Source: Chrysomallon squamiferum
Lineage: Eukaryota; Animalia; Mollusca
Assembly: GCA_012295275.1 (NCBI GenBank)
Contig: CM022672.1
Location: forward strand, 12,028,001 to 12,092,000
Reading direction: 5' to 3'
Length of the DNA: 64,000 nt
The translations under genes and the position numbers were made by a program. Of the stretch, positions 10,739 to 34,879 are shown piece by piece. The notes beneath the pieces are model-generated. The model made no database searches, was not told the DNA's origin, and saw only the letters and a list, made by a program, of their open reading frames with translations. Within the stretch, counting starts at the first letter, position 1. Each line of letters begins with the position of its first letter.

Positions 10739-13700
10739 ATGTTTAAGATGTGGCTTAAATTATGTCTTTTGTTGATTTGCATGATATTTCTTTTTATTTT
10801 GGCAAGAATTGTGGAAGCAGTAAGCTGGTATGAAGCTGGGTTTTTATCTCGCAGGTTGCTCGATCCTATGTCTCTCTCCGTCTTAAAACTGAAAGCTTTG
10901 TTGGAACAGAGGGGAGTCAGTTATGAAGAGATTGTACTTGAGAAAAAAGACCTCACTGAATTGGTGGAATCTTCAGGTACATTAATAATCTTTTTTCTTT
11001 CATTCTTTTCTTTTTTTTTCAAATTAGATTCCTGATACATACATTTTTTTTTACCTTTGTATTTTTTCAGTTCTGTATTTTACCAATAATCTTTACATCA
11101 AGTGACCATAATGAATAATTAAAAAAAAAAAAAAATGTAATTTCTTTATACAAATGTATGTATATATGAATAGATACCTTCAGTCCATAATTTAAAGAAA
11201 AGTACTGATGAAGTATGTTGCACACAATAAGTGTAATAAAAAAGAAAATGCATTTGTTTTGATTATACGATAATCACATTTGCTTAGGATTATGTGAAAA
11301 TATTAACTGAAAACTGATTGAGTGATTGAGTGACATGAAGCATTTATAATTTTACTATATCATTTATTTTATAAATTACATATTGTTAAGATAATATCAG
11401 AATATTAGTTGAAAACAGATTAATAGTAAAGAAAAAAACTACTTTTAAAGTAAAGTATTTGCTGAATTTAAAAAAAAAAAAATTGTTTTTAAAAAGTACT
11501 CCATCACTTCAATTACAACCACATTAGCTTAAGGTTACATCCAAATATTAACTGAAACTGACATGTTTAATTTTAAAAAGAATTTAAAAAATAAATATAT
11601 TCAAAATAAAAAAAAATCTCCTCAAAAACCATGTTATGGCCTAAGATTATATCATAATATCAACAGAAAACTGATTATAAGATAAAAGCAATTCATAAAG
11701 GACTTGTTTAATTAAAAAAAAAATTAAATAACCCATTGTTTTTTAAAAAGCTTTTTTTTTTTTCTTTTTTTTTTCTTCCTTGAAGGCCCTGTCACAGAAG
11801 GTGATATTGAACAAGCCACTGTTGAAGAAGAATCTGCGACGGTGACAAATTTCTCATCAGGTACACATTTCTTTGAACAAGTGGAGGATGCCAAGGACAG
11901 CGTGTGGTTGATTCAGATTGTAACACAGCAGCGGAGACCTCGACTGCTCAGTGATGTATCATGGTCAAATATTCAGAAAAAGGTTTCCAGATTTGGAGTA
12001 CGAGCTGGCATTTTGGACTGTTCTTTGGACATCAGGTGTGAAATTTTGCTTCTTTTGAGATACCCAGGTTTCAAGTAAATTGTAAAGTTTTGCTTATGTT
12101 GCTCTTCGGATATCAAGTTTAAAATTTGGATAAAATTATAATCAAAATAAATTGTATATGGATTTTTTTTATGTATTAAGTTTGAAATAAAATGTGAATT
12201 TTTACTCAGATGTTTTAGATATCAAGTTTGAAATAAATTATTTATATTTACACACTTTGTTTTAAGATATGTGTCAAATGAAATGCTGAGAATATATCTC
12301 TTGTAACAAAGTAATATGAAATGTCATTACTTTTACACACATTGTACGATATTGCTAATAACAAAGTCCTTACATAGTTCTCATCCCAGGAATGTTCATT
12401 CCAAAAACAGTTTAAAAACATTCTTTTCTTGCAGAGTTTCAAATCTAAGATAGTAATTTGTATATATGTTCTTGTGTTTTCAGGTACTGTAACTCCAGAG
12501 GTTGGTATACACCCCAACTCATGTTAGCTCTACCAGAGGGTTTTGAAACCAAAGCCAATGTGAAGATACACACTTACCCAGGACCTACAAAGGAAGCTGT
12601 TATTTACAACTGGATAAGAGAAAAACTTGATGGGAAAGTCCACAGAATTAATAATCAAAAAGTATTCAAGGAACAGTGGTTAACTTTTACAAATCCTCAA
12701 ACAAATCCAGAAATCCGAGCTGTATTTTTGACTAATCACTCTTTCGTACCAATGTTTTTTTCTGCTTTGAGTGTAAAATTTCCTGGCCGAGTAAAATTTG
12801 GGACCATAGATACAAGCTCTTCAAAAGGAATGCAGATTTTAAAAATTCTTCAAAAAGACAAAGATAAATTTCAGTTAAATAACATAAAAGTTCCATTGTA
12901 TATGATAATTACATCTGAGAGTATTACATTTTATGGTGTAAGATCAGGTGAAATATTTTCATTTTCTACAATGGAAAAATATTTCAAATCATTATATCCA
13001 TGTTTAAATGATATTTTTATTTTCAGTTTTTTGATTGGAAATATTATGTCTTGCTTTGAAATATGTTTAGTCCAAGGTTCTGCTCCAAAAAGATTTAAAC
13101 AATTTGTTTGGTGTTTAATCAAATATAACATAGCGGTAATAATGCTTTGTCTTCCTTTGGTTGCCATTTTTCAGTTACCTTATCTTGATAAAATACCTTT
13201 AATTGGTCTCAAATTGATTAGAATGTTTTCTTTAACAAGTCTCGGAAGCATGATAAGAAATGATCTTTTTTTTTACACTAAACACTCGACTCTTTTAGCA
13301 ACCATGGTCTCTGTCTACATGGTTCTGATTGGCATTGTTGAATATAAAAGAAAAGACAGAGAAGAGCCTGAAGAAACAGATGATAATTTCTGGGATTTCA
13401 CTCAGATGAGGACCCTTGAACATTTGCTGTCACCTTACACCATTTTAAACATAGGTCACCCATACAGATTTCAGTCTGATCTTGAAATGGCAATGAGGCC
13501 TGTCATCTCAGAGAACTACATCAAACAGCTACCAACTTGGCAGTATTCCATGAAATCCAAAATCAGCCAGGATGGCCAGAAAGATGTTCAGACCAACTCG
13601 CACTGTTGTGAAGATGATGCCAATTCACAAAGTATGATGCCGTCAGTAACACATCCCACTACTGGTAATAAAAATGACCACACAACGCATGAAAAATCTG

Positions 13701-13996
13701 GCCTCCCTGAGAAACGCAATCCGAATGATGATAAAGACAAGTGCATGAAACAGAGTAGCAGGTGTGTTGAGAACATGGTTGCCCACTTTCCTACTGGTTA
13801 TCTCCCTTCTCCTCAGTGTGTTATTTGTCTTGATGACTATGTACAAGGGGTAATGTTGTGTGGATTGCCTTGTGGTCACCATTTTCATGAAAAATGCATT
13901 CTTATTTGGCTTAAACTGGACAATCACTTCTGTCCGGTTTGTCGTAGATATGCATTTAACGGCAGTTCCTCCAGTGTTCATATTCATTCTGAATAA
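10739..13996 (+). CDS. RNF103: E3 ubiquitin-protein ligase RNF103 (KF-1), about 663-666 aa
   Basis: Exons 10739-10976, 11786-12035 (AAG acceptor) and 12484-13996, phase-consistent. N-terminus MWLKL..LARIVEAVSWYEAG..LDPMSLS..KLKALLEQRG..EKKDL.ELVE.SG and motif PMFFSALSVKFPGRVKFG resemble vertebrate RNF103. TM segments and C-terminal RING-H2 CVICLDDY..LCGLPCGHHFHEKCI..W..HFCPVCR. The conserved start is probably the second ATG at 10748. Confidence 0.95.
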
Positions 13997-14132
13997 AATT
14001 TATACTGAATTTATTTATTTATTACATTCACAATCTTCATGTACTTTTTATTTCTTTATTAAAAATTAAATTAAATTAAATTGACAGGGTTCACGATTTT
14101 TCAGTTGTTTCAAAATTTTAGTTTTGTTACAA

Positions 14133-14268
14133 ATTAAAGAGATCAGATCTGTCAACCAGCATAAAAGTAGATTCAGTACAGTATTCATCTCTTTTTTAAA
14201 CTGGAGCTGTGTCAGGTCAGTAGTTCTTGACCTTTTATTTTTTAGAGACCCCATTTTAAATACTTTTT
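14133..14268 (+). repeat. Second copy of the ~135-bp interspersed repeat, downstream of the RNF103 stop
   Basis: Alignable by eye with about 8250-8382. Confidence 0.8.
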
Positions 14269-17200
14269 AAGGTTGCAGACCCTAGGTTGAATTTTATAAA
14301 TGGTGAAGTATGATGAATTATGTTGTGTAGTGGTTATAAATATATAGCTTTTACCTTGCATTGTGTTGGTGTTCAAAGGATTTCTGCTTCCCAGGTTGAA
14401 TCCCATAAAGAATCACTGTGTTAGATATAGACCATGCTGCAGGCTATAACTAATATTTTTAGCAGTAATTATTAACTTACATAAACCTGGCAACCAAAAC
14501 TTCGTAGATAAATTTGAAAATATGTTGACGTTTAACATTAAATTTCATTGTCATCACTTTAGAAAGTAAAATTATCAGTGCAAAATAGTTAAATATTCAC
14601 ATTACTTCACACTTGTGATTGGCTTCTGCTGCTGTTGCCCAATTTACATAATTAGTTAAACATTAGATAATTGGCTCATCCTATATAAACATGTTTATAA
14701 TTAGAATGTCTTCTCCGACTGAAAGAGTTCACTCCCTTATATTTTTGTATCTTTTTTTTTATAATTAACTTATTTATCTAGTTTGATTTTTTATTTTTTA
14801 TTTTTTTTTTAAATTAATTTTTGTATTTTTTATTATTAATGTATACTGGACATAAATGATAATATTTGTCTCTTATGTTACTTCTAACATTACAACTTTT
14901 GGTTAGTGATACAGTGTAGAATGTAGATACAATTGATTAATATAAACTGTGCTTTTAAGTTCATCATAATTTTACTGTGCATGGATGATGCAGATTTGTT
15001 TATAGTCATCTCATAATTATATTATACTGTGCATTAAATTAGGACACAGAAACAGAATATTCTATTTACGTCATTTGTTATTCATTTCTCATAAATGCAC
15101 TTAATAGTTGTTTTTTAACTATAGGGAGATACAGTTTATAATTCCTTTTAAAGTTGTTCAACTTAATACAACAATCAAGTTTAGGAAATTTCATTGCAGC
15201 TAATTACCAATGATTACCAAAATGGCTGTTTAATGTTTTCATTTTGAAAAAGTTGGTATTACAGTCATTTCTTTTTTTCATTTTTTTTTTAAGTTCAGTT
15301 CGTTAAAAACAATTAATAAGTTAATATATGCCATTCAGATTTGTTACTTCTTTTTTAATTTTATTGTTATTTAAATACATGAACACAGTTATTTGTTACC
15401 TATATTAGATGATGTTAGTGTTGTAATGTTCTGGTAGGAATTATTAACTGTTGTTCACTACTATGAGTAAATACATTGCTTGTCAGTGAATTTGTTATTA
15501 GATAATTATTAACATTAATAGTCTTAATTATTGCTTGAATAAATAAAATTGTGCAGTTTAATATGTTTTTATGTTGTATGAAATAAAAAGCCTTTAACTT
15601 TTAAGGAAACATTTTTTACTGTTATTTGTTGTATGTTTATTTATTTGTATTTTTTTTCATGCATAATTTATACATAAATTCAATAAAGATAACTAAAGCA
15701 ATTCTTTAATATAGGTATTATGATGCATGTAAATTATTGTAATAAAGAAAAGAATCATTCTTCCAAAAAAATCAACCAAAAATAAAAATAAATACATAAA
15801 TAATACTCGTTATTCTTCCCTTTTGGTTTTGTTTTTACTACGTTTACCTTTTGTATTTTATGTGAGGTTTAATCAACTTTTTAAATTGCTTATAATCATT
15901 CTTCAAATTTCGTTAGTTTAGTTTTCTAATTCAGTACGTTAATTATATATATCAGAATTAAACCAAAAGAAAGGAGCACAAGTACGTTGACATCTTCAAA
16001 AATATATATAATTTTTTAATAAATTCGTATATGTAAACGAATATTATTATTATTATTATTATTAAATTTGTTTTGTTTTATTTACAGAAAATGATATTTT
16101 GTTAATCTTACTGTTTTTGATGCATTACTTTATATTAATTAAAATGTTATAAAGTCCATCTGTAACCGCCTATAAAGCAACATAATTTGCTTTGTTATTG
16201 TTTACTAAAAGAAATATTTTATATGTATGGAAGTAAATTAAAATTATTAGCATTTATTAAATTTGTTTTATTTTCTGTGCAAGTATGCTTGCGCACAAAG
16301 GGGCACATCAAATTACATTTTACTAAAATTAATATGTCAGTATACACACGTACATTTAAGCACTCGTGATCAATGACAAATGCTAATTTAAGATGATGCG
16401 GAGAACTGGTTTCACGCATTCACATGTATCGGATGGTTTAGTCTGTAACTCTTCACGTGGCATTTTTATAAGTTTTAAAAGCTGAAAACCGTTTAAGAAC
16501 AAAACTAATGAAGAAAAAACAGTAATTTCTTAAATCTTTTTTAAAGACCATTATTAAATGCATATTTAAAAAGATCAGAAAAGTAGTTTTATGAACAACA
16601 ATTCCAATATGTTTACTGATGAAGAAATAATTTTACAAGATAGAAACAAAATTGAGATAGAGATTATGGAAAACAGTGAACTTGATATTTATGAGATAAC
16701 TATAGTGTATATTAAATAAGATAGATATGTCAAAATTCCCACGGAAAAATATGTTTTTATGTATAATTAAAAAAAAATGTATTTAATGCTGATTTAGTCC
16801 TCTCATTCTGCATATATGAGTTCACCCAGCAAACATTTTACCCCCCCCTCCCAAAAAAAACAACTGCTTGACTTACCAAGTAAAGGCAAGCTCTAATTGT
16901 TTTTTTTGTTGTTGTTTTTTTTTTGTTGCTTTTTTTTTGTTGGCCTTTCTAAAGTGTTTCAGAGAATACAAAGATTGAGATTGCATAAAATTATTTTCTG
17001 TAAATGTCCTGAAAACATAATTATATTAAATATATCTTGCTATTTCCTTATTCCATATGATATATGCATCTTGATAAAGATGATGGCACCTCTTGTGTTC
17101 GTGCACCTGTCTGAATACAAGAATACGTACGGTCAAATGCAAACAAAATATAGTTACTAAATAATTAATAGTTTTTCAATGGTCAGTATTTATAAAACAT

Positions 17201-18287
17201 TTCGGAGGTTTCATCATGTTCATATTCCTTTTTGTTTTTCTTTATATACATATATTTAGTTTTTTTCGTTTCTTTTTTACTTTAATCGTATTTCTTGCGG
17301 ATTTTAAAGGAAATGACGTCACTAGCACTTACAAGAAGAAAAAATGTCAAAGTATTGGCGTCCAATGAGCTAAATGTTTTAGTAGCTTTTTTCTCCATCA
17401 TTCGAATACTCAAGTTATGGTGATCGCAACTTGATACATAATGGTATGGTCTGCTATCGCATAAAAACTAAATTATTTTCAGGCATAATTGTTTGCTCAG
17501 TCGCAATTGTTTTTTATGATTCTGATGCTTTTCCATCTCTGATTCAGTAGACTTGTAAAGTTGTAATAACAAAAGTCAAGACATTAGTTTGGACAGAGAC
17601 CACAGAACAAATTAAATTTATTTAAATTTTAAAACCTAAAAGTAAAAAGTTAAATTACGAAGAATAACTATATGCTGTTTATATAATGAAATTTAGGAAC
17701 CAGTCTTTTCGCATTTACAGTTCATTTTGAAATGTTATATGTAAAGAAACCAATATCAATATATAATTTAGGTTTAAAGTATGATCTGCGAACATTTAAA
17801 GAGATTTCTCGAATAAACATTATTTGTTCAAGATATCATAAAACGTATGAAATATTACATGGGTCATAAGCCCTTTGCAAAATAAGATAATAATGTATAT
17901 ATTTTTAGCGAAAAAATATATAAAAATATTTATCACAAAACAAAACAAAAAATTCTTCCTTTTGTATTCCGTGTTCACACACCAAAAAAAAAAAAAAAAA
18001 ACAAAAAAAAAAACACAAAAAAAAAAAAAACCCACAACAACAAACAAACAAAAAACCCCACAAAAAAACGTGATTCTTAAATTGAATTAAGAATATAAGC
18101 ATAATTATAATGAATTATTTTTAGTAATGTCTAAGGTTCACAAAAAGAAGATTTTAATGATGTGACGTTTAACTGATTTTTAAATATTTATTCTTATTAT
18201 CATTTTTTTTTTTTATCTAATTTATTTTATTTTATTTTTTTTCAAATAAAATAAAGCTTTGAAATGCTGCCTTTACATAACAAAAAA

Positions 18288-18326
<39 letters not shown>

Positions 18327-18891
18327 ATAACAACCCTGACAAGCAATTGCTGATTTTCGTTATGGATTCTAGCTAAGACTCATTTTGCTCTTTCCCATTT
18401 GTACCGTTTTTATTAACTAAATGCATCATTTTATTGATGGTTTTTCTTTTTAAATATTAATAATACCGACATACTAATCATAATGTTTCAGCTTGACTTT
18501 TCATTTAAGTATTTTTCATTAGCACAAAAGTCCATTGGCTGTCAAATTCCGTTATTTTGTTCTCTGTGTGAATAAAAAGAGATTCTTTTTCAGTTTTCTC
18601 TACTATATAGCTATTTGATTGTAATGCAAACGTAAACAAATTATACATTGTTACAGGAGTTGGGCATTTTTGTATGAAACTGCAAAATTCGGTACAACAT
18701 TCCCACAATTCCCCCCCCAACACACTCAAGAAAAACAGAGCCCGTGCATCAGTTATTATTATTATCATCATTATCATTTACAAAATAAACCATTTATAAT
18801 TTTAATCAGGAAAACTGCAAGCCAAAGACCAGAGCATTCGATAAACTCATTCGGAGGTTTAGCCATTCGTGTGAAAGCCATTTCGCTGAAT

Positions 18892-18914
18892 GTCACATGA
18901 CAGAAACCCGGAAA

Positions 18915-18920
<6 letters not shown>
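18892..18920 (+). promoter_or_regulatory. M-box/CLEAR-like, ETS and YY1 motifs at the V-ATPase B start
   Basis: GTCACATGAC at 18892-18901, CCGGAA at 18908-18913, and AAAATGGCG overlapping the ATG. Confidence 0.6.
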
Positions 18921-29332
<10,412 letters not shown>

Positions 29333-31297
29333 TAGGGACAGACATTGCTAAATCTGTATAGTTTATTCATTAATATAGAAACACTCTGTTTTATGATGTA
29401 TTCATGTTACATTGAAACAAAAAAATTAAAAAAAAATAAAAAATAAAAATATTAAAAGCCATCTGATTTAATATCAAAATAGAATTTTTAAATAAACAGA
29501 TATATATATATATAATTGTGTATATATTATGTTAAACTAGGATGAGAACAAAAAATTTAGATTTCACTGTGTGTGATTAAATGTACTTAATTAATTTTCC
29601 ACCACTTCAGTTTTGATACATATCTGAAAATACAATTCATGAACAAATTTTGTTGTTATTGATATTGTTGTTGTTATTATTAAGGGACTATAGATTACTA
29701 TTTATATAAATGAATATTCAAAATTCACTTTGGTTACTTGAACAATAATTTTATATATAACCACAGTAATTATTTCATTTTACCTGGTGGTGATTTAATA
29801 TATGTTTGAATGCATATTTTATTAAAGCTTATTACTGCAGTTTATAAAATGAAAATCTACTGACCATAAATTTCGTACATGTGGATAATAATAATCTAGA
29901 CTTTTGTAGACTCTTGTGTGTGTTAGTTTATCATGGTGTAAAATCAAGAACTAGATATTCATACTGAAGAAAGGAACATTTGAATGTCTAGTCTTTTTTA
30001 TCTACAAATCTGTATACATTGCTCTTTTGATAGTAATTTAAAGGAAAGAAAATGCTGAATGCTGTTGTCTATTTCTTTCCTACATCCATAACCAAAGCAC
30101 ATAATTATTATGAAACACAGTATTTGAAATAAAAATTCACTTGGAAGTTACACTGAAAAATCAGTAAGATGGAGGTTGTTTTTTTCCCAAGTGAAAATAA
30201 AAAAAAAGATTAACTATATATTGTCTTCAAAATCAGTCTGGTTAACAAAACCTTTGGATGAAATTGTTAAGACTGATAGTCTTAACATTTAATAAATTGT
30301 AAGACTGGTGTAAGCTTGATAAAATATTTTCATAAGAACTCCTTTTCTTTAGTTATATAATGCTGATACTTGAAGATTTTAAAAGATAAAAATAATTTCA
30401 AAAAAAAACATTTCTCATACTGTAAGCATGGGCTTTGTCCTTTATTTACTTAATTTGTTTTGTTTTTTTGTTGTATTTTTTATATTGAATGATAAATATA
30501 TATTTAACAGAAATTAAAATCCTTTTTTTTTTTTTTTTTTTGTCTTAATGTACACTGTATCATGTACCAGAATTATGATGTTGCACAATCCTTGATTAAA
30601 TAAATATTATTTTGCATCATAATGAATTATAATTGTGTTTGTAGGCCACATTCATTCTTAATTAGCTTCAGTTTGTTTTATTGCATTTTTCTACCTCATC
30701 CATCATTAAAATCTTTAGTTATTTACCTTTAATTAAAGAATATAAAAATAAAAATGTATCAGAACAACATCTTTGTATTTATTTTTAACTTGAAAATCAG
30801 ATAATTTTTTTAAATGAATTTATTATGATAATTTTATTTAATTTTATTTTTTTTTATTTTATTTTTTTTCATACTCTGAATGTAAACTTTTTCCAGTTTT
30901 ACGTACTATTTTTATTTGTGTGTGTGTTTTATACGGAGGATGGAACAGTTACAATAATTTTGAATTTCAGAAACACACATTCCTCAAATGATGGACTACT
31001 ATGGAATATTACATAAACTCAAAAAAATGTATCACTTAAGGAATGCCAAAAGCAAGCAAATTAAATTGCTCCAAATGTATGTACATTTTGTTAAAGCTCA
31101 TTTATGAGCAGTGGTGTATTCAAAACATTCCATGAATTGGTAATGACATATTCACAAAATTTCTTTATTGTAATAAAACACGAAAATGTTAGAACTTAAA
31201 AATGGAGAGCAGTTTTTTTACATATGTATGTTACTTTTATAGGTGTCAGTAAAAATAACTAGAATATGCAATTTTAATACATACTTTTGAACAACAA

Positions 31298-31516
31298 ATA
31301 TTTAGAAAATAATTCTATGGTGTACAATATGTATTAGTTGATGTATATATTTACACAACAGGTATTTAGAAAATAATTCTAGATTATGCAATATGTATTA
31401 GTTAATATATACATTTATACAATAGATATTTAGAAAATAATTCTAGAGTGTACAATATGTATCAATTAATGTAAACATACACAAGATTTAAAAAAATAAT
31501 TCTATAGAGTGTACAT
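31298..31516 (+). repeat. ~63-bp minisatellite, about 3.5 copies
   Basis: tatttagaaaataattcta..caatatgtat recurs near 31298, 31362, 31426 and 31486. Confidence 0.8.
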
Positions 31517-34481
31517 TTTCCTTCTAAACATCTGTACTGCAAGGAGATGTATAATTTAGTTGAGTGTCTATGATGTAACTCATTTATTAAAATAAGACAT
31601 TTTTTTGTTTTGTTTTTTATATTTGTCAAATATCAGCTTTTGAAAGGTTGATGAGTGACACTGGTCTGTGTATATCACTGTGTTTTAAGCTGATAATAAG
31701 CTGAAAGTGTAAATATAGATGTAATTAATTTTTCTTAATGAAAAACAAAATATATGTGATGCCGTTGGTTAATTTTTTTCTGAAATGTTAAAACAACTGG
31801 GAATTTAAAGAAACCCAAAATGTTGTATGTGTTAATTGGCTTCATATGTAAATGTGCTATTAGTTTGTTAGTTACACTGATCATCCTCATTAGTAAATAA
31901 CAGCTTTTACTATTTCACATGATGACAGTAAATAGTCTATTTTGTTATTAGAAACAGCGTAATTTTGTTGTATGTTTTCTGAATTTAATAGTAATAATTA
32001 TCAGATTTCAGTGAAAATTGTTTTTTGTTGTTACAAAGATGCATATTAAATTGTTTTAGTGTAAAATTGTAGAATATTGATATAAATCATGATTATGTCA
32101 GAAACAAAATCTTATACAGTCAATTATCAGTTTTATTTACATTTTACAGCATTTCTTTTAGTTTTTCTAGCATTTAACAGCACAGGTAAAATATGACTTG
32201 CATTTTTTCTGCAGTTGTAAATTTGACTTATATTTAACAGAAGGTGTATGGTTTGATTCACATTTAACATCAGATGTACAGTTAATATTCAGGCGTACAA
32301 ATGTCTCTGAAGGTCTAGGAGTTAGAGAATTGTACTCAGACTAGATAAAAATGAGCATAATATCAAAAGGCAGGTTACAGAAATGGTGTTGCTGAATCTA
32401 GCTGAATTAACAAAATGCAGTTAATAAGAGACTCATTGACATTTACACATACACAATATTTTGTTTTTGTTCTGAAAAGAGTAATTTGAAAACAAATTAT
32501 GATTGTAGTAACTTTTTTTTTCTTTTTTTCTAGCATTCACAGTAAGATGTGTTTTTTCTTTAGCTTTATAATTTTGGTCTACATGCAGTGTTTAGTAAAT
32601 TTTCTTTAAATTATTGCTACATTTTTATAATTTTGGTGCAGCTTTTTTGTTATAGTGCTGTTTTAATGTTCAGTTTTTGCTTCATTTTATTATTATTTAT
32701 TTATTTATTTACTGTTATTACATTTTCCCCCCTTTTTCATTTTTAGTTTGCATTTAAAATGTTATTTCACATTAAAAGAAAAATAAGATGTAATAAAAAC
32801 TTAGTGTAAAAAAAAAAGAATCATTCAGTAATTATTCAGTTCTAAAAGTGGTTTTAATGACACTGAGAACAGATGACGTTTTAAAATATCCAGTAAACCA
32901 AAACACTTGATTTATTTCTCTTTGATATTGTTTTCTTCATTTAATTAGTATGTAAATATGTGATGGTTGAGGGACTTTTTAAATTTAATTTTTCATTGTT
33001 TTTAATCTTTGATTATTATTATTTAAATTTTAATCAATAATTTGAAGAAAAAAAATAATAATCACAGTATTTAGATAAAAGAAAAATTTATATTTTTATT
33101 TCAGAAAATGTTTAATAAACAAAAGTTAATTTAATATAATATACATGGACAGTAGAATTTACTAATATTGTATCTATGAATGATTTAAAAGGTTTCAGGG
33201 TAGTAAATTACTTTGTATTATGTAACAATCATTTTACAACTTAAGAGAGATAAAATTTGTTGTCATTAAAGAAAATATTAACTTATTTTTCTTCTCCATC
33301 TATAAACTAATAATAAACTTTGGTTTATAATATTATTAGATAATACTAAAGAAAAAAAGAAATTCTAAAATATTTACACTTGTATCTGTTGTTTTCAGAG
33401 TTTTCCAAAGTTAATATTGTAAATAGCTTACAGAAAATTCTTTATAATTTTTTTTTTTTAACACAGATGTGTAAGTGGGAGACAAACATGTACTATTTCT
33501 GAAACTGATATATCTGTATGTCAGAATTATGAGTTTAATTCTCAGGAACAAGGTTAGGAATACAAGTTTGAGTGAATGAAACAAGAGAAACTCGAATGTC
33601 TCAGTATGCTGGAACATACCTTTGAAATAGATGATTCATTTTACTGTTTTTCTTAAAATCATATATAAATATATATAAATTTAAAAAAATAAATAATAAT
33701 AATAATTTATTAGGAAACACCTGGGAAATCTTTGTACCTGTCATATTTATTGTTAATGTTTTTATCAGCTTTAAGAAAATAATAATAATTAAGAACTGTA
33801 AACTGCAGCAATCTCCATGACATATATATTTCAGAGGTTGTCAACATCAATACGATACTGTTGCATTTGGGTTTTAATTATGTTTTGTTTATTTTTTGGC
33901 AGTATGAACCACAGAATTATTTTTGTCTGCATATTATTATAGTTTAGCCAGTTTACAGACAGGCGTCAGTGTGTCATTTGTATGTAATCCAGATTTGTTA
34001 CTGTAACATGTGGGTTTTGTGTTAAAATAGATAAATAAATAAAACTTATGTAAAACAGGGCCATTTTGTTTTTGATTTTTGGGGAGGGGGTAAGTATTTT
34101 TGATGGTGATTTTTTTTTTTTATGAGCATTAGTGTGGGGTTTTTGTTTGATGTTGGGTTTTTTTGGGGGGGTTATAAAGACAATTGTTATTTTTTTATTA
34201 TTATTTTTTTTTTTTTTTTTTTTTTCTTGGCAAGTTCTCAACAATCACTTTCCAAAGCTGTGGTATATTATTTTATCTGAAATTTCTTTCTAAATATTTC
34301 ATAATTGTTTGTCAATCAACAAACCAGTGTCTTATAATTAATCAGCAAGTTCCATTGAATTATTCTCAACAAAGAATTAAGGGGGGAAAAAAAAAATGCC
34401 AGAGAGAAAAATTTGTTAACAATGAAGGGTACAACCAGCTAAATTCAAACTTTTAAAAAGAAAAAAAGAACATCAAATATC

Positions 34482-34487
34482 TTTATT
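34482..34487 (-). terminator. Candidate polyadenylation signal of the DyP gene
   Basis: AATAAA on the minus strand about 390 nt after the stop, followed by a GU/U-rich tract (gatgttcttttttt). Confidence 0.45.
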
Positions 34488-34879
34488 GGAAAAATATATT
34501 CAACAATAACAATGTTTTAATGATAGAATGGAAGTGGACAACCTTAGAACAGTAAAATATAACAGGCAAAAATAACATCTAAACTATTGTGATCTATTAC
34601 TTCTGTAATTAATCATAGTCATGATGAATTTCATACAAAAGTATTCTATAGCTAATCAGTTATTTGTTATAATCATGATAAAAAATGTCAACAAAAGCAA
34701 CAAGAAGCTGATTCATAACAACATGTTCTACCAAGAAGATGTTCAGAGTACAAATTCTGTTGTGGTTTTTTTTTTTCTCTTCAGACATATTCTTTGAAAG
34801 AAACTTAATACTCTGGGTTCAAACAGTTCTTTCAAAAAAAAAAAAAAAATTATTATTGTTACACTATTTGATTTTTTTT

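Noticed and set aside
12931-13987. Antisense ORFs within RNF103 exon 3
   Set aside because: Shadow frames of a long coding exon with no independent signals.
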